In this document: positions 8,472 to 19,363 of the stretch, in pieces
How the letters are laid out: each line of letters begins with the position of its first letter
Numbering within the stretch: the stretch's first letter is position 1
Assembly: GCF_900105015.1 (NCBI RefSeq)
Contig: NZ_FNLK01000005.1
Coordinates: forward strand, 330,001 to 362,000
Source of the DNA: Schaalia meyeri
GTDB taxonomy: Bacteria > Actinomycetota > Actinomycetes > Actinomycetales > Actinomycetaceae
Length of the DNA stretch: 32,000 nt
Reading direction: 5' to 3'
Position numbers and translations under genes: made by a program
Notes under the pieces: generated by a model
What the model was told of the DNA's origin: nothing
What the model saw: the letters and a program-made list of their open reading frames with translations, nothing else
Databases searched by the model: none

Positions 8472-8873
8472 TCAGCGGCGCGAACGGGGACGCGCCGTGA
8501 GCCGCACTCCCCCCCAACGCTCCCCCAGCGCCGTCGTCGTCGTCGCGTGCAGGCCCGCGATCTTCGCCGCTTCCTCAACATCGGCGACGTCAATGGAATT
8601 GGGACGTCCAGCCTTGGGGATCAGCACCCAGATCAACCCTCCGTCATCCAGGTTACTCATGGCATCCACCAGGACGTCCGCCAGGTCTTCCTCCTCGGCG
8701 TCGTCTGAGCGCCACCACACGATGGCCCCATCAACGACGTCCCCGTAGTCAACATCAACCAATGGCTGACCGGTCTGGGCCTCCACGGACGCGCGCACGG
8801 ACTGATCCACGTCGTCGTCGACGTAAAACTCCTGCACAATTGCATCGGACGCAAACCCCAGGCTCACTGCCAT
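8472..8873 (-). CDS. DUF3052-family protein (Rv2239c-like)
   Basis: 133 aa. The acidic N-half, WWRSDD, DGGLIWVLIPK, the LHATTTTALG..W..RL tail and a basic C-terminus all match my recollection of Rv2239c, which also neighbours aceE. Confidence 0.75.
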   Translation of the reverse strand: MAVSLGFASDAIVQEFYVDDDVDQSVRASVEAQTGQPLVDVDYGDVVDGAIVWWRSDDAEEEDLADVLVDAMSNLDDGGLIWVLIPKAGRPNSIDVADVEEAAKIAGLHATTTTALGERWGGVRLTARPRSRR

Positions 8874-9193
8874 CGCGCAGCACCGCCCCTCGTCGAGCTG
8901 TTGCTCAGTGTCATATCAACGTTCACGCCTTCATCCTAGGGCATTTTACCCGGTGGAATGCAAGAGGTTCTCAGGACAATGATGAACAGCTCGCGCGACA
9001 CTAAGCTGACCAGCAGGTATATCCCCACCAACTCGACCACGCGATGATACGCACCTCATACCGCACAACGAAATCAAACACTCGCAAACCATCTCCATTA
9101 GTGGGACAATAGTCCTAATATGCGCGGTGTCGCCACAGGGCATCGCCCACACATGCTGTACGAGCAGCACCAAGTCAAGCGAGAAGGTACACC

Positions 9194-11938
9194 GTGAGCC
9201 AACTCCCCGAGCCCCACCCCGTCGTCAACGGACTGATCCCGCAGGTCCCCGACAACGACCCCCAGGAGACCGCCGAATGGGTCGAGTCCCTGTCCGGGCT
9301 TATCAACGAAAAGGGCGGTCCCCGAGCGCGCTACATCCTGCTGCACATGCTCGATGAGGCGCGCCGCAACGGCGTTCAACTCCCCCGGGAATACACCACC
9401 CCCTACGTCAACACGATCAGCGTTGACCAGGAGCCGTACTTCCCCGGCGACGAGGCCATGGAACGCGAGTACCGCCGCTGGATTCGTTGGAATGCAGCCG
9501 TCCAGGTGACCCGCGCTCAGCGCCCCGGCGTCAAGGTCGGCGGACACATCTCCTCCTACGCCTCCGTGGCCACCCTCTACGAGGTCGGCCTCAACCACTT
9601 CTTCCGTGGCAAGGACCACCCCGGCGGCGGCGACCACGTGTTCTTCCAGGGCCACGCCTCGCCCGGCCCCTACGCGCGCGCCTTCCTCGAAGGACGCCTC
9701 TCCGAAGAGGAAATGGACGGCTTCCGCCAGCAAGCCTCCACCCACCACGGCCTGCCCTCCTACCCACACCCTCGCCAGCTGAATCGCTTCTGGGAGTTCC
9801 CCACGGTCTCCCTGGGGCTGGGGCCCGCCGAGGCCATCTACCAAGCGTGGTTCGATCGCTACCTGCACCTGGGCGGCATCAAGGACACCTCCCAGCAGCA
9901 CACGTGGGCGTTCATCGGCGACGGCGAGATGGACGAGCCCGAGTCGCGCGGTATGCTGCAGCTCGCCGCCCAGCAGCGCCTGGACAATCTGACTTTCGTC
10001 ATCAACTGCAACCTGCAACGTCTCGACGGACCCGTCCGCGGCAACGGAAAGATCATTCAGGAGCTGGAGGCATTCTTCAAAGGGGCCGGCTGGAACGTCA
10101 TCAAGGTGATCTGGGGACGCGGCTGGGACCAGCTGCTCGCGGCCGACAAGGACGACGCCCTGGTCCACCTGATGAACGAGACACTCGACGGCGACTACCA
10201 GACCTTCCGCGCGAACGACGGCGGGTTCGTCCGCGAGCACTTCTTTGGCCGCGACCCGCGCACGAAGGAGATGGTGAGGAACTGGACCGACGACCAGATC
10301 TGGGGGCTCAAGCGCGGCGGCCACGACTACCGCAAGGTCTACGCCGCCTACAGGGCCGCCATGGAGCACACGGGGCAACCCACCGTCATCCTGGCGCACA
10401 CGATCAAGGGCTACGCGCTGGGCAGCCACTTTGCGGGCCGCAATTCGACGCACCAGATGAAGAAGCTGACCCTTGAGGACGCCAAGCAGCTGCGCGACCG
10501 CCTCCAGATCCCGATCACGGACGAGGAGCTGGAGCGCGATCCCTACCAGCCGCCCTACTACATGCCGCCCGCCGACCACCCGGCCCTGCAGTACATGAAG
10601 GAGCGCCGCGAGGTGCTGGGCGGGTGGGTGCCCGAGCGCCGCGCCGACCGCCAGCCCAAGCTGCCCCCCTTGCCCACACGCCCCTTTGAGGCGCTGTCGA
10701 AGGGTTCGGGCAAGCTGGAGGTCGCCTCGACGATGGCCCTCGTGCGCTTGATCAAGGACCTCATCAAAGACAGGGAGGTCGGCAAGTACTTCGTGCCGAT
10801 CATTCCCGACGAGGCGCGGACCTTTGGCCTGGACGCGATCTTCCCGTCGGCGAAGATCTTCAACACAACCGGCCAGTCATACACGCCCGTGGACGCGGAT
10901 ATGATGCTGTCCTACCGGGAGTCCGAGCGCGGCCGAATCATGCACACGGGCATCACCGAGGCCGGCTCTGCCGCAGCCTTCCAGGTCGTGGGCACGGCGT
11001 ACGCCACGCACGACCTCCCGATGGTACCCATCTACATCCTCTATTCGATGTTCGGCTTCCAACGCACGGGCGACCAGTTCTGGGCGGCGGGTGACCAGCT
11101 ATCCAAGGGATTCGTCATCGGTGCGACCGCGGGCCGCACGACGCTGGCCGGCGAGGGGCTGCAGCACATGGACGGCCACTCGCAGGTCCTGGCGGCCACC
11201 AACCACGCATTCGTCTCCTACGATCCTGCTTATGCCTACGAAATCCGCCACATCATGGCGGACGGCCTGGAACGCATGTACGGCGACGCCGGCGACCGCG
11301 ATCCGAACGTCATGTACTACATCACCGTGTACAACGAACCGATCCACCAGCCGGCCGAGCCAAAGAACGTGGATACCGAGGGCATCATCAAGGGCATCTA
11401 CAACCTTGACGAGCACGCCAACTTCGGCGGCCCCAAGGCCCAGCTCCTCGCCTCCGGCGTGGGGGTCCCCTGGGCTCGCGAGGCCCGCCAGCTGCTGGCC
11501 CGCGACTGGGGCGTGGACGCCGCCGTGTGGTCGGTCACCTCATGGAACGAGCTGCGCCGCGACGGCCTCGATGCTGACGAGTACAACTACCTGCATCCCT
11601 CCCAGCCCAGCCGTACGCCCTTCGTGTCCGCCAAGCTCGCAGGGCGCGAAGGCCCTTTCATCGCCTCCTCCGACTTCGACCGCATGCTGCCCGACCAGAT
11701 CCGGCAGTGGGTGCCGGGCGACTACCACGTGCTGGGCGCGGATGGATTCGGTCTCTCCGACACGCGCCGCGCCGCGCGCCGCTGGTTCCACATCGATGCC
11801 GAGTCGATGGTCGTGCGCACGCTGGCCGCGCTGGCTGACAAGGGCCAGATCGACCCGTCGCTGGTCGAACAGGCCATCGCCAAGTACAACCTGTTCGACT
11901 GCTCGGTCCGAGACGGCGACCACGTAGGCGAGGAGTGA
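9194..11938 (+). CDS. aceE: Pyruvate dehydrogenase E1 component, homodimeric type
   Basis: 914 aa. [27 protein letters not shown] and HTIKGY blocks are present. GTG start with SD GAGAAGG upstream. Confidence 0.95.
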   Translation: MSQLPEPHPVVNGLIPQVPDNDPQETAEWVESLSGLINEKGGPRARYILLHMLDEARRNGVQLPREYTTPYVNTISVDQEPYFPGDEAMEREYRRWIRWNAAVQVTRAQRPGVKVGGHISSYASVATLYEVGLNHFFRGKDHPGGGDHVFFQGHASPGPYARAFLEGRLSEEEMDGFRQQASTHHGLPSYPHPRQLNRFWEFPTVSLGLGPAEAIYQAWFDRYLHLGGIKDTSQQHTWAFIGDGEMDEPESRGMLQLAAQQRLDNLTFVINCNLQRLDGPVRGNGKIIQELEAFFKGAGWNVIKVIWGRGWDQLLAADKDDALVHLMNETLDGDYQTFRANDGGFVREHFFGRDPRTKEMVRNWTDDQIWGLKRGGHDYRKVYAAYRAAMEHTGQPTVILAHTIKGYALGSHFAGRNSTHQMKKLTLEDAKQLRDRLQIPITDEELERDPYQPPYYMPPADHPALQYMKERREVLGGWVPERRADRQPKLPPLPTRPFEALSKGSGKLEVASTMALVRLIKDLIKDREVGKYFVPIIPDEARTFGLDAIFPSAKIFNTTGQSYTPVDADMMLSYRESERGRIMHTGITEAGSAAAFQVVGTAYATHDLPMVPIYILYSMFGFQRTGDQFWAAGDQLSKGFVIGATAGRTTLAGEGLQHMDGHSQVLAATNHAFVSYDPAYAYEIRHIMADGLERMYGDAGDRDPNVMYYITVYNEPIHQPAEPKNVDTEGIIKGIYNLDEHANFGGPKAQLLASGVGVPWAREARQLLARDWGVDAAVWSVTSWNELRRDGLDADEYNYLHPSQPSRTPFVSAKLAGREGPFIASSDFDRMLPDQIRQWVPGDYHVLGADGFGLSDTRRAARRWFHIDAESMVVRTLAALADKGQIDPSLVEQAIAKYNLFDCSVRDGDHVGEE

Positions 11939-11981
11939 ACTAGGCTCGTTCCCCCCTAGACGCGACGCCTGACCGCTAATG

Positions 11982-12020
11982 ACGAGGCCGGGGAATCCCA
12001 CAGGACTTCCCCGGCCTCGT
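11982..12020. terminator. Bidirectional hairpin between convergent aceE and aspA
   Basis: 14-bp stem ACGAGGCCGGGGAA / TTCCCCGGCCTCGT with an 11-nt loop, 44 nt after the aceE stop and 18 nt after the aspA stop. Confidence 0.65.
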
Positions 12021-12037
12021 TCACCTACCCGACGCGC

Positions 12038-13465
12038 TCAATCCTCTTCGGCGCCGGCATACTTTGGGTGCGCCAGATTCTCGGGCGAAAGGATACGTTC
12101 GACCTCGTCCTCCGACAGCAGTTCCATGTCGTGAATGACCTCGCGGACAGTCTTGTCCTCCGCTGCGGCACGCTTTCCGACGACGTCGCCCAGGTGATGG
12201 CCGATTACGTCGTTGAAGTACGTGACGATGCCGATCGAGTTCTCCACGTAGCCGCGGCATACCTGCTTATTCGCCGTGATGCCGTTGACGCAGCGCTCGC
12301 GCAACGTGTCGCACGCGTTCACCAGCAGGTTGATCGATTCGATCAGGGCCTGGGCAATCACCGGCTCCATCACGTTGAGCTGGAGCTGGCCCGCCTCGGC
12401 GGCCGCCGTGACCGTCTGATCGTTACCGATTACCTTGAAGCACACCTGGTTCACGACCTCGGGGATCACTGGATTTACCTTCGCCGGCATAATCGACGAT
12501 CCGGCCGCCATCTTCGGCAGGTTGATCTCGTTCAGGCCGGCGCGAGGACCGGAGGCGAGCAAACGCAGATCGTTGCAGATCTTAGACAGCTTGACGGCGC
12601 TGCGCTTAATCGTGGCGTGCATCGACACGTACGCGCCCGTATCCGACGTCGCCTCAAGCAGGTTCGGGGACGCAACGACGCGCGCCCCCGTGATTCGGCG
12701 CAGACAGCGCACCACGACCTCCTGGTAGCCGTCGGGCGTGTTGAGTCCCGTGCCGATCGCCGTTGCTCCCAGGTTCGTCTCCAAGAGCAGCTCCGCGTTG
12801 TTCACCAGGCGCTCGTCCTCCTCGCGCAGGGTGTGGCCGAAGGCCGCGAACTCGCCGCCCAGCGACATGGGAACCGCGTCCTGAAGCTGCGTGCGGCCCA
12901 TGGTCAGGACGTTGCGAAACTCGCTGCCCTTCTCGTCGAAAGCGTCCGCCAACTCTTCCATCGCCTCCCGCAGGCGAGCAACCTTGCGCCACAGTGCGAT
13001 GCGGAAAGCCGTCGGATAGGCGTCATTCGTGGACTGCGAGTGGTTCACATGATCGTTGGGGTTAATGATGTCGTAGCGGCCTTTTTCCTCACCCATAATC
13101 TCGAGAGCCAGGTTCGCAATAACCTCGTTCGCGTTCATGTTCACGGAGGTACCGGCGCCTCCCTGGAACTGATCAACGGGGAACTGATCCATGCACTTGC
13201 CGTCCTCAATGATCGCGTCGCATGCCGCGATAATCGCCTCGGCCTTCGAAGGCACCATGGCTTTGAGCTGCATGTTCGCCATCGCGCAAGCCTTCTTCAC
13301 CTGAGCAAACGCGCGGATCAGCTCGGGCGCCTCGTTGATTGTGTGACCCGAAATCTGATAGTTCTCGATCGCTCGCAGCGTATGAATTCCCCAGTACGCG
13401 TCATCGGGTACTTCACGGGTTCCGAGCAGATCCTCTTCGGTGCGGGGCAACGTCGTTCCTTCCAC
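12038..13465 (-). CDS. aspA: Aspartate ammonia-lyase
   Basis: Class II fumarase/aspartase fold. The [11 protein letters not shown] signature has Ala rather than the fumarase Gly, which favours aspartase. The N-terminus reads [27 protein letters not shown]. The start is ambiguous: GTG 13465 has no SD, while TTG 13450 has GGAAGGA 6 nt upstream. Confidence 0.88.
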   Translation of the reverse strand: MEGTTLPRTEEDLLGTREVPDDAYWGIHTLRAIENYQISGHTINEAPELIRAFAQVKKACAMANMQLKAMVPSKAEAIIAACDAIIEDGKCMDQFPVDQFQGGAGTSVNMNANEVIANLALEIMGEEKGRYDIINPNDHVNHSQSTNDAYPTAFRIALWRKVARLREAMEELADAFDEKGSEFRNVLTMGRTQLQDAVPMSLGGEFAAFGHTLREEDERLVNNAELLLETNLGATAIGTGLNTPDGYQEVVVRCLRRITGARVVASPNLLEATSDTGAYVSMHATIKRSAVKLSKICNDLRLLASGPRAGLNEINLPKMAAGSSIMPAKVNPVIPEVVNQVCFKVIGNDQTVTAAAEAGQLQLNVMEPVIAQALIESINLLVNACDTLRERCVNGITANKQVCRGYVENSIGIVTYFNDVIGHHLGDVVGKRAAAEDKTVREVIHDMELLSEDEVERILSPENLAHPKYAGAEED

Positions 13466-13585
13466 TGGTTTGTGCGCCGGTTATATCCCGGCGATGCGCC
13501 TCCATGGTAGGCCCTGTATGCCCGCCTTTCCGGTACTTTACAAACATTGGGCAAGCCGTTGATCTTCCCTTAACAAGGTTTTGCG

Positions 13586-13966
13586 TCATTCATGATGAGA
13601 GGTTGTTTCCACCGCGTCCAACAGGTCTTTGAGGCTCACCGCAGAGTCGATCTGAGCATCCGTGATACGCAGCTTCGCCTCGCGTTCGATGCGCGCAACC
13701 ACCGCATAGAGCGACACGTCATCCATGTCGAGATCGCCACGCAGCGTCAGCTCCCCACGAGCCTTGGCTGGCTCCAAACCGCTTTCGTTAAGAACGGCCT
13801 CCATGGCAATCTCTCGCGCGCGCTCCCCAGCGCTCCGCGATTCACCGGGGGCGAGGTCCAACGAGGCCGGGGCGTCCTCGTACGCACCGTCCCGGGAGGC
13901 GGGGTCGACCATTTGCGCTAAGCCTGCGCGCAACTGATCGCCCAACAGGTCGGCGATGGACCCCAT
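13586..13966 (-). CDS. Acyl-carrier-protein-like (PP-binding fold) protein with an N-terminal low-complexity extension and a non-canonical Ser motif
   Basis: The C-terminal ~75 aa align without gaps to ACP helices II-IV (LRGDLDMDDVSLYAVVARIEREAKLRITDAQI versus [32 protein letters not shown]). Start taken at ATG 13966 (TGATG overlap with the DUF3145 stop); ATG 13990 is an alternative. Confidence 0.45.
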   Translation of the reverse strand: MGSIADLLGDQLRAGLAQMVDPASRDGAYEDAPASLDLAPGESRSAGERAREIAMEAVLNESGLEPAKARGELTLRGDLDMDDVSLYAVVARIEREAKLRITDAQIDSAVSLKDLLDAVETTSHHE

Positions 13967-14469
13967 CAACCCACCCTGTTGTTCAGCCAACGCACGGGCG
14001 CGCCAACTCCGGCGTAGCGGAAGGACTCAAGCTCATCGTCCCACGCTTGCCCGAGCGCCAACTCCAGCCCCTCGCGCAGCTCCTCGTGGGAGGACGCGGA
14101 CTCCAGGGCCGCGCGGATCCGATCCTCGGGGACGACGACGTTGCCCACCGTATCCATCTGCGAGTGGAAGATACCGAGCGAAGGTGTGTGGCACCACCGG
14201 CCGCCATCGCTCGTACCCGTGGCCTCTTCCGTCACCTCGTAACGCAAGTGTTCCCATCCGCGCAGAGCGGACGCCAAACGGGCGCCCGAGCCGACGGGCC
14301 CGACCCACGAGAACTCGCAGCGGACCATGCCCGGCGCCGCTTCTTGATCCGACCACTGGAGGTGAACCTCCTGGCCGAGCGCGGTGCCCAACGCCCACTC
14401 GATGTGCGGACACAAAGCGGGCGGTGTTGAGTGCACAAAAAGTACACCGCGGGTGTATGTCCCTCTCAT
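13966..14469 (-). CDS. DUF3145-family protein
   Basis: 167 aa. The N-terminus TRGVLFVHSTPPALCPHIEWAL is the hallmark of the actinobacterial DUF3145 family. A perfect SD AGGAGGA lies 4 nt before the ATG. Confidence 0.75.
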   Translation of the reverse strand: MRGTYTRGVLFVHSTPPALCPHIEWALGTALGQEVHLQWSDQEAAPGMVRCEFSWVGPVGSGARLASALRGWEHLRYEVTEEATGTSDGGRWCHTPSLGIFHSQMDTVGNVVVPEDRIRAALESASSHEELREGLELALGQAWDDELESFRYAGVGAPVRWLNNRVG

Positions 14470-14577
14470 TGTTCCTCCTGTTGGCTTTGTCAGGATCGTC
14501 TTCCCCTACGCCCTAATCTGCCACGAGTCACGCTGAGCACTGTGTCGACAACACAAGCGATGTGATTACAGGATAGA

Positions 14578-14618
14578 CGAACGCGCCGGGGAATGCACGA
14601 CACTCCCTGGCGCGTTCG
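14578..14618 (-). terminator. Strong hairpin ending the proS-def transcription unit
   Basis: 15-bp stem (CGAACGCGCCGGGGA / TCCCTGGCGCGTTCG, one G-U pair) with an 11-nt loop, 25 nt after the def stop. The U-tract is poor. Confidence 0.55.
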
Positions 14619-14642
14619 CGTAACCCCGACGGTATCGGCGGC

Positions 14643-15134
14643 TCAGAATCCGGCTTTACGAATGTCTCGCAGCGCCTTCTTGCGGGTCGACCGATCCAGT
14701 CTGTCGATATAGATGTGTCCATCGAGGTGATCGCATTCATGCTGAATGCACCGGGCCATCAGCTCCTCGCCTTCGACGACGACCTTCTTGCCATCCAGAT
14801 CCGTCCCCTCACAGCGGGCGTACCACGAACGCTCGGTCGGGTACCACAGGTCGGGCACGGAAAGGCACCCCTCGTCCCCGTCCTGGTACTCGTCCTCGCT
14901 CAGTGCGACGATGCGGGGGTTCAGCACATAGCCGATCTCGCCGTCAATATTCCACGAGAAGGCGCGCAGGCCCACGCCGATCTGGTTGGCGGCCAGCCCG
15001 GCACGCCCTTCCATGTCAACGCCCTCAAGCAGGTCGTCAACAAGGGACTTCACGGACGGGGTGATCTGCGTGATCGGATCGCACACGGTTCGCAGCACCG
15101 GATCACCGATGATTCGAATTGGACGAATTGCCAT
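14643..15134 (-). CDS. def: Peptide deformylase
   Basis: 163 aa with the three canonical motifs [13 protein letters not shown] and HECDHLDG. Confidence 0.95.
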   Translation of the reverse strand: MAIRPIRIIGDPVLRTVCDPITQITPSVKSLVDDLLEGVDMEGRAGLAANQIGVGLRAFSWNIDGEIGYVLNPRIVALSEDEYQDGDEGCLSVPDLWYPTERSWYARCEGTDLDGKKVVVEGEELMARCIQHECDHLDGHIYIDRLDRSTRKKALRDIRKAGF

Positions 15135-15135
15135 G

Positions 15136-16944
15136 TCACTGCCCCCTCAGTGCCGCGCCGTGCAGCTGTCGCAGACGCGACACCGCTTCTTCAACCGGCA
15201 CCACGATGGCCTCGCCAGTAGCGCGCACACGGATCTCCACCCGCCCATCGGCCAGGGCCCGACCGACGACGAGACCAAACGGAACGCCGACCAACTCGAA
15301 GTCCTTGAACTTCACGCCCGCGCTCACCTTGCGCCGGTCGTCCACCAGGACGTCCATGCCAGCTTCGTCGAGCTGTTCACCCAGCGATGCGGCGGCCGCA
15401 AAGACCTCATCGCCCTTACCGGTGGCCAGAACATGGACGTCGAAGGGGGCGATGCCGACGGGCCAGTTCAGGCCCTTATCATCGCAATTGGCCTCTGCGA
15501 GCGCCGCCATCACGCGGGTCACGCCGATTCCGTAGGAACCCATGGTCACGACCTGGGTCTTTCCATTCTCATCGAGCACCGTCAAACCGAGCGCCTGAGC
15601 ATATTTGCGGCCGAGCTGGAAGATGTGGCCGATTTCGATACCGCGTTCGAGGTGGAGGGGACCGGAGCCGTCGGGCGCGGGATCACCCTCGTGGATCTCC
15701 GCTGCCTCGATGGTGCCATCAGCGGCGAAGTCGCGGCCCATGACGAGGTTAAGGACGTGTCGCTTGTCGGTGTTTGCGCCCGTGACCCACACGGTTCCCT
15801 CGACGATGCGCGGATCCACGAGGTAGCGCACGCCCCCGGAGCGGTTTCCCTCCGCATCCGGCGTGCGCCCCGCAAAATTCGGACCCAGCACCTGGGGCCC
15901 GATGTAGCCGCGCACCAGCTCGGGGTGCCCGACGAAGTCGCCGTCCGAGGCCATATCGACCTCGGCGGGGGCAACGGAAGCCTCGAGCCGCTTCATATCG
16001 ATGTCGCGATCGCCCGGGATGCCCACGACCAGCAGCTCGCGCTCACCATCCGGGTGTGTCAGCACAACGACGACGTTCTTCAGCGTGTCGCCGGCGCACC
16101 AGGGACGGTCCTGCCGCGGGTATTTCGCGTTCAGCAGGTCGACCAGCGAGTCAATCGTCGGCGCGTCGGGAGTCGGCACCTCGGTCGGCGCCGGAACGTG
16201 CGATGCGTCTTGCGGATCGGGAACGGTAGTGGTGACGGCCTCGGCGTTTGCGGCGTAGCCCCCCGGCGAGGCAACAAAGGTGTCCTCGCCGATCGCAGAC
16301 GGATGTAAGAACTCTTCCGAACGCGATCCCCCCATCGCGCCACTCATCGCGGAGACGATGACGTAGCGCAGGCCCAGGCGCTGGAAGATGCGTTCGTAGG
16401 TGTCCCGCTCGGCCTGATAGGACGCGTCGAGTCCCGGCTCGTCGATATCAAAGGAGTAGGCATCCTTCATCACGAATTCGCGTCCGCGAATGAGCCCGGC
16501 ACGCGGGCGCGCCTCGTCGCGGTACTTCGTCTGGATCTGGTACAGGGTCGTCGGCAGATCCTTGTACGAGGAGTACAAGTCCTTGACCAAGAGCGTAAAC
16601 ATTTCCTCGTGGGTGGGCGCGAGCAGGTAATCGCCGCCCTTACGATCCATCAGTTTAAAAAGTGTCGGACCGTACTCTTCCCAGCGATTAGTGGCCTTGT
16701 ACGGCTCGGCGGGGATCAGGCCGGGGAAGTGCACCTCCTGCGCGCCCATCGCGTCCATCTCCTGGCGGACGATGTCCTCGATCTTGCGCAGCGTGCGCAA
16801 ACCCAGGGGCAGCCACGTGTAAATACCCGGGGCGCTGCGACGGATGTAACCGGCGCGGACCAGCAGCTTGTGGGAGTTAACCTCGGCATCAGCAGGGTCC
16901 TCACGCAAGGTCCGCAGAAAAAAAGTCGAGAGATTTCGAAGCAT
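15136..16944 (-). CDS. proS: Proline--tRNA ligase (bacterial type with editing domain)
   Basis: About 600 aa. [27 protein letters not shown]-terminus, class II motifs FRDE.RPR..L.R.REF.MKDAYSF and GSYGIGV.R are present. Start is ATG 16944 or GTG 16962. The stop lies 1 nt from the def start. Confidence 0.95.
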   Translation of the reverse strand: MLRNLSTFFLRTLREDPADAEVNSHKLLVRAGYIRRSAPGIYTWLPLGLRTLRKIEDIVRQEMDAMGAQEVHFPGLIPAEPYKATNRWEEYGPTLFKLMDRKGGDYLLAPTHEEMFTLLVKDLYSSYKDLPTTLYQIQTKYRDEARPRAGLIRGREFVMKDAYSFDIDEPGLDASYQAERDTYERIFQRLGLRYVIVSAMSGAMGGSRSEEFLHPSAIGEDTFVASPGGYAANAEAVTTTVPDPQDASHVPAPTEVPTPDAPTIDSLVDLLNAKYPRQDRPWCAGDTLKNVVVVLTHPDGERELLVVGIPGDRDIDMKRLEASVAPAEVDMASDGDFVGHPELVRGYIGPQVLGPNFAGRTPDAEGNRSGGVRYLVDPRIVEGTVWVTGANTDKRHVLNLVMGRDFAADGTIEAAEIHEGDPAPDGSGPLHLERGIEIGHIFQLGRKYAQALGLTVLDENGKTQVVTMGSYGIGVTRVMAALAEANCDDKGLNWPVGIAPFDVHVLATGKGDEVFAAAASLGEQLDEAGMDVLVDDRRKVSAGVKFKDFELVGVPFGLVVGRALADGRVEIRVRATGEAIVVPVEEAVSRLRQLHGAALRGQ

Positions 16945-17014
16945 GCTCCAAGAGTACGGCACTCATCGGCCGCTGGGCCACCGGCGCAGCACTGGAGGCC
17001 CCTCGAAGTGCCCT

Positions 17015-17437
17015 TCACGCAAGCCCGACAGGCGCCCCGCCAAGCTCGCGATCACGCTTCGTCGGGTGCGCAGCGTAGTAACGACGTGCCATCCATCCCG
17101 GGTAGGCCCATTCGGGCAGGCCACCCAAGTAGAGAGACCGGATCGCGACCAACACCATGATCGCAAGCAGCGCAACGAGGAGGGCGCACGGCCCCACGAC
17201 ATCGAAGCCGCTCGCCTCGCGGCCAACGATATCCGCCGCCACGAACCACGTCAGAGACAGAAAGGGCATCAGGGGCCACACGACACGAGACATCTCCCCC
17301 ATCACGGACCCGCCGCTCAGCTCCAAGCGCATCGCGACGCGCCTGGATGTCGCTCCGACGCCGAACCACGCCCACGCCCACAGGAGGGCGACCAGGATGC
17401 CTACGGCAGCGAGTAGAGTGGTGGAGCCGAGACTCAT
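17015..17437 (-). CDS. Hypothetical small integral membrane protein (about 3 TM segments)
   Basis: 140-aa ORF with hydrophobic stretches LLAAVGILVALLWAWAWFGV, VVWPLMPFLSLTWFVAADIV and CALLVALLAIMVLVAI. SD GGGGGA precedes the ATG. I recognise no family. Confidence 0.5.
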   Translation of the reverse strand: MSLGSTTLLAAVGILVALLWAWAWFGVGATSRRVAMRLELSGGSVMGEMSRVVWPLMPFLSLTWFVAADIVGREASGFDVVGPCALLVALLAIMVLVAIRSLYLGGLPEWAYPGWMARRYYAAHPTKRDRELGGAPVGLA

Positions 17438-17544
17438 TCCATCCCCCTTTGGACGAGCGCAACATCCCCGTTGGCGTTGCGTATAGCCCGATACTACAAC
17501 ACCGCTGGGGTACGTTGTCTATTCGACAGGGAGACAACCATCAA

Positions 17545-18048
17545 TCAAGCATCGACCGCACCGGCGATGCACGCATCGCGCACATCACGCAGCATTGAAC
17601 GCGACGATAGCGACTCGGCAGCCACGCCTGCCCACACGATCGCGCGATGGCGCCCATAAACCTCGTGCCTCTCACGGATGTGCAGCAGGGTCCGAGATGG
17701 CGACAGGGGCACCAGCGCGATGACGCACGTACCCGATGCCTCGGCCCCCTTAGGTGCGGCAGGTGGCACGACTCTCATGAGAATGTAGTCCTCGTCCCGT
17801 ATCTCGATGATCGTGGACTCGTCATCCGGTTCAAACGCGTGCCCCAACACATCCCAGACCACCGATGCGGGGGCATCGATCATGACCCCGCGATCAACAA
17901 CGACATTTGCTCCGGGCAACACGAGGTCACCGGGCAACGACACGTCTGCTTGGGACGCGGTTAAACCGATACGCCGGGGAAAACCCGAGGCCGCCAGCGC
18001 GCACGCGCCAGCGACGAGAGACAGCCCAACGAGACTACGAATACGCAT
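17545..18048 (-). CDS. Hypothetical exported protein, possibly SRPBCC/START-like fold
   Basis: 167 aa. The N-terminal signal-like segment is MRIRSLVGLSLVAGACALAAS. The IDAPASVVWDVL block resembles the first strand-helix of SRPBCC domains. The assignment is weak. Confidence 0.4.
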   Translation of the reverse strand: MRIRSLVGLSLVAGACALAASGFPRRIGLTASQADVSLPGDLVLPGANVVVDRGVMIDAPASVVWDVLGHAFEPDDESTIIEIRDEDYILMRVVPPAAPKGAEASGTCVIALVPLSPSRTLLHIRERHEVYGRHRAIVWAGVAAESLSSRSMLRDVRDACIAGAVDA

Positions 18049-18070
18049 GTGGCTCCTATCGTCGAAAAAG

Positions 18071-19258
18071 TCAGAGGCTGATGCCCGGTAGCTTGGCCTT
18101 AGAGCCGGTTACTGGGGCGACCTCAACGCTGCCGGAACCCGGCTCGAGACCGAGCTCTTCGGCGAGTAAATTCGCCCGACGGATCAGCGTTTCCACAATC
18201 CGGTCCTCGGGGACGGTCTCAACGACCTTGCCCCGGATGAAGATCTGTCCCTTGCCATTACCGGAGGCGACGCCCAGGTCGGCCTCGCGAGCCTCGCCGG
18301 GACCGTTCACAACGCATCCCATGACGGCCACGCGCAGAGGAACAGTCAGATCCTTCAACCCCTCGGTCACGTCCTCCGCCAGCGTCCACACATCCACCTG
18401 AGCCCTGCCGCAGGAGGGGCAGGACACGATCTCCAGCGTCTTGTCGCGCAGGCCCATGAACTGAAGCATCTTCGTCCCTACCTTGATCTCCTCAACCGGA
18501 GGAGCAGACAGGGAAACACGGATTGTGTCACCGATCCCCTCGGCGAGCAAGACCGAGAAAGCGGAAACGGACTTGATGGTGCCCTGAAACGCCGGGCCCG
18601 CCTCGGTCACGCCGAGGTGAAGCGGCCAGTCCCCCGCCTCCGACAGCATCCGATAGGCCTGGATCATCGTGAGCACATCATGATGCTTGACGGAAATCTT
18701 GAAGTCGTGGAAGTCATTCTCCTCGAACAAAGAAGCCTCCCACATCGCTGACTCAACCAATGCCTCGGGGGTGGCGCGGCCGTACTTTTTCAAAAGGCGC
18801 GGATCCAGCGAGCCCGCGTTCACGCCAATGCGCAGGGACGTTCCGTGATCCGAGGCCGCCTTACAAATGTCCTTGACCTGATCGTCGAACTTACGGATGT
18901 TGCCCGGATTAACGCGTACGGCGCCGCACCCGGCCTCGATCGCCTGAAACACGTACTTCGGCTTGAAATGAATGTCCGCAATCACCGGGATACGCGACTG
19001 CTTCGCGATGACCGGCAACGCATCCGCGTCCTTATCCGTCGGACACGCGACGCGAACGATGTCACAACCCGCCGCCGTCAACTCCGCGATCTGCTGGAGG
19101 GTCGCACCGACGTCGTGTGTCTTCGTCGTCGTCATGGACTGGACGGAAACGGGGGCACCGCCGCCCACGGGCTTATCGCCGACCATGATCTGGCGCGTCT
19201 GCCTGCGCGGGAAGGGCGAGGCTAAAACGTCGGGCATACCAAGATTGATTTCACTCAC
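18071..19258 (-). CDS. ispG: 4-hydroxy-3-methylbut-2-en-1-yl diphosphate synthase (flavodoxin)
   Basis: [19 protein letters not shown]-type (RVNPGNI), SCPSCGR and GCVVNGPGE blocks are present. Start set at GTG 19258 (VSEINLGMP...) by analogy with the mycobacterial N-terminus MTVGLGMP. The 430-aa track ORF is an upstream extension. Confidence 0.93.
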   Translation of the reverse strand: MSEINLGMPDVLASPFPRRQTRQIMVGDKPVGGGAPVSVQSMTTTKTHDVGATLQQIAELTAAGCDIVRVACPTDKDADALPVIAKQSRIPVIADIHFKPKYVFQAIEAGCGAVRVNPGNIRKFDDQVKDICKAASDHGTSLRIGVNAGSLDPRLLKKYGRATPEALVESAMWEASLFEENDFHDFKISVKHHDVLTMIQAYRMLSEAGDWPLHLGVTEAGPAFQGTIKSVSAFSVLLAEGIGDTIRVSLSAPPVEEIKVGTKMLQFMGLRDKTLEIVSCPSCGRAQVDVWTLAEDVTEGLKDLTVPLRVAVMGCVVNGPGEAREADLGVASGNGKGQIFIRGKVVETVPEDRIVETLIRRANLLAEELGLEPGSGSVEVAPVTGSKAKLPGISL

Positions 19259-19363
19259 CGGCCCATTATCGCGCACAGTGCCCCAACCTTCCCACGCGGG
19301 AGGTGCGCGCGTGGCCCGCGTCGCTTTCGACCGTGCACCACCAGGAGCGGACAGCTGACACAC

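Noticed and set aside
9097-9119. Apparent palindrome ATTAG..GGAC-AATA-GTCC-TAAT overlapping a TAATAT -10-like hexamer upstream of aceE
   Set aside because: On base-by-base pairing only the 4-bp GGAC/GTCC core and a shifted ATTA/TAAT pair hold. This is too imperfect to call an operator without comparative data.
8946-9173. 75-aa Cys-rich ORF (minus strand) in the DUF3052-aceE intergenic region
   Set aside because: Third-position GC is only about 55% by my count, against over 80% in real genes here. It has no SD, starts 20 bp from the aceE start codon and spans the likely aceE promoter. It is probably a chance ORF.
12068-13510. A 480-aa ORF antisense to the whole of aspA. Similar long antisense ORFs occur at 145-954, 5630-6550, 6814-7767, 9098-10579, 14986-16308, 20531-21718, 21535-22506, 22838-23875, 26434-27270 and 27593-28201.
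   Set aside because: These are classic shadow ORFs of a high-GC3 genome. Their translations are Arg/Gly/Asp/His/Val-rich and low-complexity, with no family motifs. The opposite strand encodes unmistakable conserved proteins in each case.
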